Below, piece by piece: positions 52,301 to 64,000 of a DNA stretch of 64,000 nucleotides. Both the position numbers and the translations under genes were made by a program. The notes under the pieces are model-generated. The model did no database searches, had not been told where the DNA came from, and worked only from the letters and a program-made list of their open reading frames with translations. Every line of letters begins with the position of its first letter. Within the stretch, counting starts at the first letter, position 1. Origin of the DNA: Paraspadella gotoi (taxonomy: Eukaryota; Animalia; Chaetognatha). The stretch is taken from positions 13,277,081-13,341,080 of the forward strand of contig CM119267.1 in NCBI GenBank assembly GCA_051294375.1. Reading direction: 5' to 3'.

Positions 52301-55300
52301 GAATGGCGTCGACGAAGAATTGGAAGGACGATCATTCACCATATCGTTCGCCCCGGAAACTTTGGAACCGGTCGTCGAACGCAACGAAATTAAAAGTAGC
52401 GGCCGTAAAATCTACGAAAACATCGAGGACGTGACATCAGCCGCTTCCAAGTTTTCGTCGAAGGTCATCGAAGCGAGCGGAGCTGCCGGTGAAACGTCAA
52501 TACATTCGGAAAAATTTCTGGCTTTGAATGTATCGGGCAAATCAAGTCTGACGAAAGCGCATTCACAAAAGTTCGGCGCTTTAGAAAATCTTAACATGAA
52601 CGAATCTAGATACAAGAAAAGTCACGCTGAAGAAGCGGGTGATTTTTTAAATCTTCCTTCCAATGACAATGAAACCGGTCAATCAAAAAGCTATTCAGGA
52701 TTTGAGCCACCCACAGGTACCTCCTTTGCGACTGAAGGAGGTCGTGAAAAAGATCATGCGGAAAGTTTAAATCTTTCTCAAGGAAGCAGCATGATGAAGG
52801 ATTTACCTTTTTACGAAGCATTTAAAGGTTTTCCAAATCCTTCAAACGCTGCTATTAAATCAAACCTTAAAAATCATTCTTCAACCTGCTTCGAAAGTTT
52901 GGAAAATACTCACGCAGAAGAAATTACGAAAGATCACGAAAAACTAAACGTTAACTCTTCAGAATTCTCCGATACGAGGACTGAAAAGACCCGAAATGGC
53001 GAAAGCTGGAAAATAGATAATTCTCAAAGATTCGGGAAGATCTCTTCCGACACCGTAAATTATCAGAAAAAAGAGCAGCAGACCTCGACCGCCTCGACTT
53101 CGTCCTCGGAAGCCGAATACCCTGGACATTCTCGTCTACGAGAAGGAACCAGAAGAAGCTGGAGACGCCGCCGCTTCTTCGCCCCTTTTCTCTTCGGAAA
53201 AGGAAGTTTCTTCTTCGAGCGCGGCGGAGGGAAAGATCGCGGCGGCGGCAGCGGCGGCAGCAGCGGCGGCAGCATCGACAGCCGCATCCGCGCCGACGAG
53301 TCAGAAAAACCGGCGAAGAAATCCAGACACGATGAGGATCGAGAAGAAGACGAAAGAGATGTTGTTGTTGTGGGATCGAGGAAGAGCCGGATGGAAGAGA
53401 CCCTCGCCGAATCGGAAGACAACCGACTCAAGATGGAGATAGAGATCACCATCAAAGAGATCCGACCGGAACCGGCCGTGGAGAGCGGCGGAGCGGGTGA
53501 GGAATGAGCGGAGTTGAAGGGGGGAAGGGGTAGGGAGATTATATTATTCAAGGAAGCTTTTTTGTGAAGATCGGTTGAAAGTAAAACAGGATCCTGTATA
53601 AAAAATACAATGAAAGAAAAAAGAAACCGCAATGAATAGTATAATAAATACAGAACAGTGTACCGTTTGAGGTTTTATGATCAGTTGCGAAGGTAAGAAA
53701 CCTTTTCGAAAAAAATAAATATTGACTCGGCACGAACTCAGATCGATCGATAGAAGGCTCTCGAACTTTTTCTTTTTATGGGGGGTGGGGGGACAGTTTT
53801 TAACAGCGATCTTCGGTCAATGTTTCTCAAGAGGATTCAATATCCAAGGTGAACGTTTCGGAATTTCGAACGATTTCCAAAATGTTTAGGGTAAAAGCGT
53901 AAGGGGGCTGGGGGGAAAAAAAGCACCCTCGTCGCCAGTCGGAGACCAAGAAAAATCTTGGAATTCTTAGAGAGGATCCGTGATAGGAAAAACGGATGGG
54001 TTAAAAACTGGGTTCGAAGAACGGTTGTCTTAAGATGCGAGGAAAAGATCGCGAGGTTTCGATACGCGAGAGTCCGTGGGGGAGAGGCGCAGGGGGTTGT
54101 GAGGAAAATGGATAGTTATTAGTGGTTTCGATCGACGGTTAAGACAGAGGGAGTTGAGAAAGGGGAGGCCACTGAGAAGGGATCTGGACTCTGATTGTTT
54201 TGACGTAGGAACGTCCCGAGGATTTGTTTGACAAAAAAACTCCGTCAATCTTCCAGCGCCAAAGTTAAATGAGTAGAATTTAAAAAAAAAAAACCTCGTC
54301 GTTTGCCTCTAAACTCCTTTAAGTCTAAACAGATTTTTATGAGCTTTCGAAATTCCCCCCCCTCCCCCTCCCCCACTTTGGGGGGTTTTCTCTTTCTTTT
54401 TACTTCTTTAACTCCGCCGCTTACGAATAAGTCGCGAGTTCGAGACCTGACATTAACGAGATAGTCGCACAGGGGTAATTACATTTTTTTAAGATTCGGT
54501 CACATTGGATATTTTTTTTTTCATTTGCAAAAACCGACCGACCATTATTGACGTTGTCTGAATTAAATTCTATTTGACCGCAAAACACTTCTGTCCCCTT
54601 TCTCCACTCCTGTCCCCTTTTCCTCTCTCCGCCCCCTTCCTTCCATCTCCCCTCCCCTCCACACCCAACGACTCCCTCTTCCCGAATCCATGTCTCGACA
54701 TATATCCGACATCCGGCTGGTTATTCTCCTTCGCGTCCATAATCCAATCGTATTTGTTGTTCCGCGATGAGTTTTTTTTTTTTTCGCTGGTTTTTATCCC
54801 TGTCGTTGCTTATTTCATTCCACCCCCTTCTGTTGGCCTTTCTTTTCTCCACACTTCTTCATATTTCTTTCTAAAACTTACACATAATCTCCCGTTTCAT
54901 TTTTCTAACTAACCTATCTGTCCTCGTAAGTTTCTCGTTCTGTCCACATCTCGTTAACTATTGAGTAAACAACAATTCTCTCCCTTTTCTTCACTTTTCC
55001 CCAACCGGCTGCCCAAAGTTTCTCTCCTCCCCCGCTCTTACCCCCACTGGCCCACCCCAAGACCCTTTTATCCCCGAAAAGTCAATCTCCCTCTCATTAA
55101 GCTCCCCCCCCTCTTGGCTTGTTTTCCTTTCTTCCGAGGTTAAGCGTTTTCCTTCGGTGCTTCGAACCTTTGAAACGAATTAGCGACCAAATCAGAAGGG
55201 ATGTTATTGGACGTGTCTGTAAACCGGATGTAAGCGGATTATAACCAGAAGTAATTCGCAGCTTGAGCGAGAAACAAAAATTCCTCCTGAGGCGAAAATA

Positions 55301-56370
55301 AAAAAAAGGGTTAAAAATAAGTTTTTGACTTTTTTTGCAATGAAAATAACTTAATTGAATTTAAAATATCAGGTTTACCGGCTTCATGATTTATGATAAA
55401 GAAATCTTTAAAACTAATATTGAGTAATTGTTTATATAATTTTACCGTTGAACTTTTTCTATTTAAAGATATATTTTTTAATTTTTAAATGCATATCGTA
55501 TGCTTAAATACTTAAATGCTTAACAGTATAAATCAGAAACAGAATTGCCCATTTTGTTGTGTAATTTAATTAACACCATCCTCTCCCGACAGAGGGCGCT
55601 ACGTCCCAGAAACGCGTCAGTTTTTCCGAAGAAGTCCAAGCGGAAGAAGACTCTGGCGTTTGGGCGCCGAATTCGATTACGATCAAAGCGCGGGAAGAAA
55701 AAATAAAAGACGTCAGCCTGGCGGATTTGTTCGAACGGAAAATGGGCGAGAGCCTTTTGTTTATCGACGATGACGAAGTCGGTGGCGAAAAAGAAGAGAA
55801 GAAACGGAATCAGCTTTCGTCTAAGAGAAGGAGTTTCGGAAAAAATTCATATTTTCCGAGATTTAAAAGCAGGTGGGAGTTGATCTATTTTTCATTTTTA
55901 TTATTTCGGTTTCTGATGTACAATGTCGGCTCTCTTTTATATTCGTTCCAAATGCAGTAAGTCTCTCTGTTTTTCTCGTTACTTCTCTGAGTCTCTCTTT
56001 CTCATTTTCTCAATATCTCTCTCACTTTCTTTCTCTCTTCATGCCTTCTCTCCTGTTCTTTTCTCATTTTACCATTCTCTCTGTCCATTCACTCTTCTAT
56101 TTCTCGCTTCTCTCCCTCCCTTACTTTCACGAACCTTTTCTCACCAGAGCGTCGCCATTAGCGGTAGACAACGAAGACGTGATCCCGTCGAAAATATCTC
56201 GACTCGACGATCACGTGACCAGACCGGATTTTTTTAAGATGGCGGCGCCCATCGCCGAGGCGACGTCAGCGGAGGAACTTGAAGCGACGATCGACAACGA
56301 AAACAGAAGGGATAGAAATTCTCAAGTCTATCTCGTGGAATGGCGAGGGGAGGAAGAAATGCTAATCTAA
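49337..56370 (+). CDS. Ser/Glu-rich disordered scaffold protein with Pro-rich segment, YEN motifs and RVxF motif, 6 exons, ~1180 aa
   Basis: Exons 49337-49471, 49612-49753, 49852-49943, 50826-53496, 55593-55872 and 56148-56370. GT-AG junctions with phases 0,1,0,1,2; total 3543 nt. The 2.7-kb exon is the 891-aa ORF. KRVSF at 55610-55624. Confidence 0.72.
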
Positions 56371-57794
56371 ACTAGTTTGATTTTAAGACTTAAACAATAT
56401 ATATTATTTAATCTTTTTAATTACGTCGTATCTTTCCCGTAAAAATTTAATTCCTAATGGTATCGTTAATATATAAACAACCAATATTCAATATTTATTT
56501 ATTCATTCCGGGCTGTCTCTGTTACTATTTACCTAATTATTAAATTTATATACGGTGAAATTAAAATCTTATAAATAAATAAATCAAACATATCATTTCG
56601 GCTTTTTTTTTTTTGTTGGTAAATGCATTGACAACTTGACAGACAAAAAATAAAAAAGAATCCGTTTCAGTTTGATTTCCGCTTTTCACCACCAATCGAA
56701 TCGTCGATCCGACCTTCGAAGCCTCGACGGCGGCGCCGGCCTCGAGTTCGCCTTCAACTCGATCAACTCCAGTCGCACGATCGTCTCGTCAACTTCGTCC
56801 GCCACGAGATACAGCATTTCCGGAGCTGCGGCAATGAAGGCGGGACGGAGGGAGGAAGAAGCCAAAGGGGGCTGGGGCCGGGCCGGACAGTGGAATGTGA
56901 CGGGGGGGTTTCGGGAAGCGGAACTTATGGGACTGGGAATCGCTGCCCTGATGGGGCTGGGGGTCGAGGTATCGGAAGAAGGGAAGATAGCTGTGCTTGC
57001 GGGCAGTGGGTGGGGCGGCTGGGCATATTGGAAAAAATTAACGAAAAGTGTTATTTTTTAAAAATATCGTTTTGGAAAGCAAAATGCATATTGGAATATT
57101 TATAACTGTAGTCGGGCATTGCCTAAGTTCACCCCGATTATAAGCATGACACCCTCAGTCGTGACCCGGTGAAGCTAATGTAAATTGTAATCCAGTCCTT
57201 TTTTTTAAATAGTAAATGCTAAAAAGAGGCACGACTTTCTACAGTCATTCTTGTGTCTGAATATTCGAAGCAAAATTCAGTAAACAACAACGAAAAACAC
57301 GGCAGATAAGTGAAGATAATAAAAATATAAATCAAAGCGTGAAAAAAAAAAATACCGCACAAAAATTTCGTCAAGGTCATTATCTTTAAAACTATAAAAA
57401 ACAATTTCTGTTACTGCTTCGTAAATCTTTTAGATTTAAGATAGCGCCCGCCAAGAGGGGGCGTCGTCGTCGGTGGCGTCTTCGTCGGTTGTGGGTGAGA
57501 AATCCAAAGGCGTCACCTTTGAAGTCGCAGGAAAGGAGGGTAAGTTATAGAACGGGGGAAAGGACATTAGGGTAAGTATCACTAAGAAAATCTCTTTATA
57601 AAAAATAGTCATCGACATAGAGTGAAACTCTAGGTGAGTATCGACGTGAGATGGCAGATAAGAAAACAAACGAAAACAAACAAAATATCAATAAAAATTA
57701 GTATTAATGCCTACTGAATAACAGATGCTAAAAAGCACGATTGGTTATTAGAGCGTTCAAAGATAACAAAATATAAGATATTTAATTCCATTCA

Positions 57795-58585
57795 TTATTA
57801 TTTTAATGTAATAAGTTCTGAAGAATTCAATGATGACAGCCATTTTTTTGTATAGTTTCATCTTCCTTGTCGCAAACGGCTATTTTTGAAGCATATAATT
57901 ATAAGGTGCTATTAAAATGCCGCAATTATTATAGAGTATGAGAAACTCGAATTATTAAAATTTTATAAAAGTCATATTTAGCTTATAAAATATAAAAATA
58001 AAGACCCATAAAAATATTTAAGCAAGTTATTTATAAATTTTATATTTTATTAACAGCTTGTTAGATATATTTATTAATAATTAGTAATAAAAAATAGGCT
58101 AAAGTGAAAAAATAAAAATATTGAAATTTTCAAACCGAATTTGAATTCCTTGCAAAAAGTTGATATAAGAAATTAAAATCCATTTTAACAGATTATTTTA
58201 TTAAGTTGTTTATAAATGTTAAAAACTATGATATTTGTTTAATTTTATTATTTTTGGCTTAAAATTATAGTTTTTTTAAATTCTGACCAACTTAAAGATA
58301 TAATTTTTTAGTAAAAATTATATTTTCTTATATCAGCTTTTTGCAACTTTTTAAAAAAAATTACAAAAATATTTTTATAGGTCTTTACTTTTATATTTTA
58401 AAAGCTCATATAAATTTTATAAAATTTTAATAATTTGATTTATCATAACTTATAATGTTTGCGCTATTTTATTAGCATTTTATATACATTACAAATCGTC
58501 ATTTCCGCCAAGAAAGATGAAATTGAGGCAACAAAATGGTTATCACCATCGAATTCTTCAGACCTTATTACAGTAAAATAATTAT
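57795..58585. mobile_element. fold-back/MITE with ~230-bp diverged inverted arms
   Basis: AATAAGTTCTGAAGAATTC...AAAGACCCATAAAAATATTT (57795-58020) mirrored at 58370-58585. Confidence 0.65.
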
Positions 58586-58709
58586 GAAATAATTACGAAC
58601 GTATTATTGCCACAGGTTAAACCTTGGTGTTGCTAGGTAACGTGCGATAAAAGCAAACTAAGGATTATGATTATCGACGTCATAACAACGGCGACGACGG
58701 CGATCTACA

Positions 58710-61700
58710 TTAAACGGACTCGCAGCGGTCGCCGGAAACGACGATGCCGACAGAACCGGCGTCCGAATCGGCGAGAACGGGCAACGAGTCACGTTTCGCG
58801 CCCGACAATTCGCCTACGCCGTCGTCGTCACCGTCGCCGACGTCAGCTACGGTAACGATGACGACGACGCCGGCGTGCGCGTCGTAAACCGCGGCGGAGT
58901 CGGCCACCGCTACCTGCAGTCCGTTCTCCACGTAGTTCTTTCTCGAGCCGCGCCCGCTTCGACGCGGCTTCTTTCTACTGCGCTGCTCCGCCAGCGCGGC
59001 GTCGACCTTCTGACGCATGCGTCGAACCTCGCCGTCCGTGTGACAGCGACGCCGCGTCATCGTCATGGCGATCTCTTCAGTCCTTCGGTTCCTGTCGCTT
59101 CCGGTGCCGGAGTCCGGCGCTGGATCCGCGCCGCGGCAGCACCGCGGCAGCGCCGGCCCCGCCACTTGGCAGAAGAGGTTCTGAAAGTTCTGAGAGAGAC
59201 CGCAGTAGACGAGGAAATTGGCGGCCGAGTTGAGGGCGTAGAGAAGAAGGGCGACGTCTAAGAGACGGCGCCACAGGTGGGTAGACTCCGATTCCGGAGG
59301 AGCGGCGACGGCGGTGACGTTCCCCGCCGACTTATTCGCCGCCGCCGCCTCCAAAGTGAACCTCGCGTGGATAATGAGTCCTGGTGTCTGACAAACCACG
59401 AACAGCGTCACCACGCCGCAGCACATCAATGTCATCGAGGTCTGCACGTTGGCTCCGCCGCGTTGGCGCAGCAGGGCGCGGAAGCTGCAACTGCGGCGGA
59501 TGGCGCGGACTACGAGGATATTAAGGACGATGAGTCCCAGAACCGGAATGTAGTACTGGAGGAAGAAGGTGACCCAGTAGCTGTAGTAGAGTTCGTAGTT
59601 GGACCCGTTTTTCATGGAGGGTCGGCGCTCGCACTTGGGGAGATCGACGAAGGTTCCGTCCGATCGACGGATCGTGAACTTGCTGTCCTTTTGTTGTTTT
59701 TTTTTGGATGAGGAGGAGGAGCAGGTGAAGGAGGAAGGGGAAGAGATACAGACTGAATTAACATATCAATGGCGATTTCCAGATTAACAAAATTAATTAA
59801 TAAAATAATTCATAAGTAAAGTTTCCCAACCTGACACTCGAAGAAGCGTGGGATGTTGTACAGGACTGAGAGGGCGACGATGAGTCCGACGACCTTGACG
59901 GACCGTTCCTTGCTACACATCTCTTGGGCGTGGAATGGCCAGCAGACGGCGATGTAACGTTCTACCGAGATGGCCACCAGAAGCCATATGTTGGTGAGTT
60001 GAAGGATGGCGCCTGGGAGAAAATAATAGAAAAAGTCGATTTGATCAATCAATCGATCAATTAGAAGCTGTAGATAGGGGTAGCCCCACAAAATGGGGTG
60101 AGTCAAAAATTTAGAATGAGTACTTGCTCAAACGAAAATTTATACATTTTTAAGTATACTTTCAATGGACAAAAATATTAATTAATTAATTAATAATTAT
60201 TTTTTGAATTTATAGATAGGAAAGGCCAAAATTTTTTTTGAGATTTTTTTAATTTCAAGACCAGATTCATATAGCTCATAAAAAGTTGTCTGCACAAAGT
60301 ATAATTCTTTTTTAAATATTTTTATGATAAGTGAGGCAAAAATAAGAAAAACCATAAAAAATTTTCATCATCATCATCATCTTTCGATGATTTTAACAGT
60401 TTTTTTATATTTTCACATAGAAAACATATAAATTTTTAAAAGCTGTAGTTATATTTCTTGTTTAACTTTTTATGCTCTATCAGAATCCATCAAAATATAA
60501 TAAGATTTTTTAAAAAAAATTTATAATGCGAAAAAAGACAATTAACATTTAATGTATTAATCAAGACGTATAATGTAATTTTTTTGGGAAAATGATTGCT
60601 TAAATATTTAGTCAAGACAACTAAAAAAACTTTGATAATAGTATAAATATTATATTATCTCCGGAGTAGGTCCCTACTGTAGAGAATTGAAAATAAGTTT
60701 AATGAAAGTCGCTATGAAGCCTCACTTACCGACAGGACTGATCCACGTTGTGTTTAAGAAGTAGTACTTGTAGTACCAGACCGTCATGGCGTCAGCGTTC
60801 TCGTATCTGTTTGGTTCAAGAAAGACGTCGACGGAATAGAGGGCGCTGAGACTCACGTTGACGGTGATGTCGGAGATGGCGAGGGTGATTAGAAGGATCA
60901 CCGTCGAAGTCAGGGGGCGCTGGAGAGATAGGGTGGCTGGGAGAGGGATTTAAGGGGAGGGGAAAGGGAGATCGAAAGAGGGTCGGCAAAATCAAAAACA
61001 ACAAATACGCAAATAGTTATCATTCTGACTGTTCTTCAACGTGATTGATGTAACCATATGGTGGACTAAAATCCACCAACCGTTCATCAGCGGCCATTGG
61101 TGCAGGAGGCATGTCATTCGCCTCCCAACCCAAAGGTCCGGGGTTCTAGCGGGTTAAGCGGGACGGGCCGCTTAACCCGCCTGTAACATGGTGTTATTGG
61201 TGTTACAGCCTGATCTGAAGCTCAGCGACTGCTTATTAAAACAATCATTGTTTTCTCAACAATCATTACTGTCTCTTCATTGGTGAGCTCGACTTTCAAA
61301 CACAACAGCAACAACAACACTTTCAGGCGACATGCCTCAACAAAGCAATCAATCTTGTCTACTCACTCCAAGAGCACCTGTTTTACCTATCAATGTCAAT
61401 GAAACGGTATAAAATTTTAATTAACAATATCTATTGTATAATAGGGCCATTCTCTAAATGTCACTAAATACATAATAATATAATATTTGTGTATGTTTTG
61501 AACCCATTTATTTTTAAACATTTGAATCTCATTATCCAAACTTCCCCGTAATTCATTTTCGTGTCTTGTCACGTCACGCTTTTCGATATCGTATCTCGTC
61601 TCTCCGTCTTCGAACACGACGGGTCCCGCCCCTTATCCCTCGGCCCCCTTTTTCGACCCGATCAACAAGGGGGTGGATCTCTTTGTCGTGACTTTCTGTG

Positions 61701-63945
61701 TAAACCGTCAGATCGAATTTAATCTCGATCGTCTTGATTCGCGAGGTCGAGATGGAGTTTGGACTTTTAATCTCTCGGCCTCAAATTAATAAATTTGTGG
61801 CGGGAAAGGCGAAGGTTACGTTGAGTGTGCGAGGTCGGGACCGGTCGGGAAGGCTCTTGTGCTCTTCAACGTCAAATACAGATAGATATGAAATGGGTGC
61901 AACCAATATATCATTATCCATTCATTCAATAATAAGATATCTTGATTTGGACTTTGGACGGGTTATAGACTCCTTAAGGCCTCCTTGGCTTCCCTTTAAC
62001 ATCAATCACGACTCGCTTACAGTCTATATTAGGTATTAACTTTCCTATCAAGATATAAAATGTTTTTATGCACTGTCGTAATTATATAAAACGAGCACCA
62101 TAACATAAGTACGTTTTGTAAATAAATTTTCATACGGAGAAAATAGAAGAGATTAACTACTCGCTACGAAATTTAAAAATGTAACAAAGACGAAAACGAC
62201 TACAAAGGGATCTGCGTTATTTACGAAAGCGGGCAAGGCGTGCGAAGCCATTTCTGCAACGCAATCTCGTTCTTTCCTTCCCACTATCATTTTCTTTTAA
62301 CTTCGTCGTGAATCACGTGAATTCAAAACAAAATCAAAGATAAACAAATAAATAAAACTGGTGAGGGTCGCGTTGAAACGCGGGAATTCGAACGCGACGA
62401 ATCAGCTGCCGAATAGCAGAATGAATAATTACTTATTGACTCATTGAGCATCTAAAAAGACTAAAGTATATACACATTATACACAATATTATTATATTAA
62501 TATTATTATTATATTAAATTATTATACACATTATACACAATATACAGGGTAGTGATTCAAAACTTAGAAAATCCGTATCACTTCTTTTTTTTTTTATTTA
62601 ATAATAAAATTTAATTGAAGATACTTAATCAGACCTTGTTCTAACTATTAAAGCAATGCGCCAAGCACTACTGCAAAAACCACTCATGCCACAGGACCTG
62701 AAAGAATCACAGCTGCTCTTCATAAACGCTTCTGAAAGATTGAGCCACAGTTTGTAGACTGTTTACCCCATGCCATTGATATTTTGGTTGAAAGTCATAT
62801 GGGTCTCCCCCATTAAAACGCCCTACTTAGCACAGTTTAGGGGAATTAGATGTGGATATTATCAGGCCAGAAAATCATTCGGTCGAAAATTAAAATGTTG
62901 CTGCAGCTGAAATCTTTATTTTTTTCAGCTGTATACAACAATGCCCTTCGTTACAGCCAGAAAAAATATAAGTAAGTATTTATCTTTCATCTGATGATGC
63001 AGTAGATTTCTTTAAGCAATTTACTTGATATTTCATACAGATAGTCCCAACTACATCAATATTGATTTCATAAGCTCTCAGAGATGGCACTCAACCAGAG
63101 TGGCCACTACAGTATGAACTTAAGAAAAAGAAGAAATTTTTACAGCATCTTAAAATTGCTAAAATAGGTCTTGTTAAACTGCGGCAGTTTAATGGCCATA
63201 GGATAGTAAAGATAAGATGTCCTAGTAAATATTTCTAAATGGAGTTCTTCATTTGCTCTCTTTAGAATTTTTCTTTCAGCATAGAAATGAGATACAAGCG
63301 TGCATATTGTTGGTTTTGGGTATGCTACAATTGCTATCTGCAGCATCCTTATCGACTCGGGCTTGAGCGCATGTTTTTCCGACATAGAATAGTAGTTATT
63401 ACTATTCTTAATAACTTTTTTAATAATTTAACATACTGCTAGGGAACATTAACATAATTAATAGTGGTTTTAAGCTCTAAACCAACCAATGTTGCATTCT
63501 TTTTATTAGCGCAGCGTATTGAAAAAGCAAGAAGAAAATAAAACCTATATCAGAAAGAGAAGATTATTTTAATGTATTATAAAAAGACATTCGATAACTT
63601 TTTGCCTATAAAATAGGTTGGTAAATACTATTCTAAGTTTTGATTCACTACCCTGTAAGTATCAAAGTATAATTACTATAACACCGTTAAAAAAACCAAT
63701 CAACCACAAAAAACTTGGTTGATAGTTAATACCTCACCTAAGACGACGAGATTTGCTATGACGCCGAAGCCGTTGATGGCAGAGAGAGCCACGCCCCTCG
63801 TCCAAAACCGATAGCTCTCTCCGTAATCGTCGGTAGAAGCTGCGGTGCCGTTGCCATCGTAGTAATCGACGTATTCGTAGTACTCGTATTCGTAAGCCTC
63901 GTCGCCAGATGACTCCGACAGGGGGATCGCGGAAGAGGTCTCCAT
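58710..63945 (-). CDS. rhodopsin-like neuropeptide GPCR (FMRFamide/peptide receptor-like), 4 exons
   Basis: Exons 63945-63733, 60919-60730, 60012-59831 and 59687-58710 (phases 0,1,0). Motifs GVIANLVVL (TM1), LAISD (TM2), SVERYIAVCWP (TM3), YNIPRFFE (TM4), VVTLFVVCQTP (TM6), NSAANFLVYC (TM7). Confidence 0.9.
61077..61279 (+). mobile_element. tRNA-derived SINE, second copy (GPCR intron 1)
   Basis: Colinear with 1033-1246 (CAACCGTTCATCAG...ATTACTGTCTCTTCA). Confidence 0.7.
62545..63655. mobile_element. Tc1/mariner-type non-autonomous element (GPCR intron 1); lone left end also at 24010-24049
   Basis: TA|CAGGGTAGTGATTCAAAACTTAGAA ... TTCTAAGTTTTGATTCACTACCCTG|TA (24/25 TIR match). Confidence 0.85.
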
Positions 63946-64000
63946 GACGACGGCGTCACGAAACCGTCGTCAGTGGGCGTGGCCGAGAAACCGACTCTCA

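Noticed and set aside
55600-55625. GAAACGCGTC hammerhead-like signature
   Set aside because: No upstream CTGANGA core; the sequence encodes KRVSF in an exon.
56325-56352. YLVEWRG resembling a chromodomain motif
   Set aside because: The protein ends six residues later and the rest of the fold is absent.

Overview
AT-rich eukaryotic (invertebrate-like animal) genomic DNA with GT-AG introns, GC/CpG-rich exons and one 25-N assembly gap (3839-3863). Six spliced protein genes can be assembled by hand with phase-consistent junctions: a 2-exon C3HC4 RING protein (-), Ataxin-2 (-), a shortened NELL-family protein (-), a ~2,180-aa single-TM acidic repeat protein with a 6.1-kb exon (-), a ~1,180-aa disordered scaffold with a PP1-docking KRVSF motif (+), and an FMRFamide/peptide-receptor-like GPCR (-). 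The non-coding DNA is dense with small non-autonomous mobile elements. The most notable are a 913-bp element bounded by perfect RSS heptamers (CACAGTG) with a 5-bp TSD (Transib/RAG-like), Penelope-type repeat tails carrying minimal hammerhead ribozyme motifs (two forming a palindrome in the RING intron), and a DINE-1/HINE-like Helentron-derived family. TA-flanked Tc1/mariner-type MITEs, a tRNA-derived SINE and a decayed LINE are also present. All gene models and family assignments come from reading the sequence; no database searches were run.
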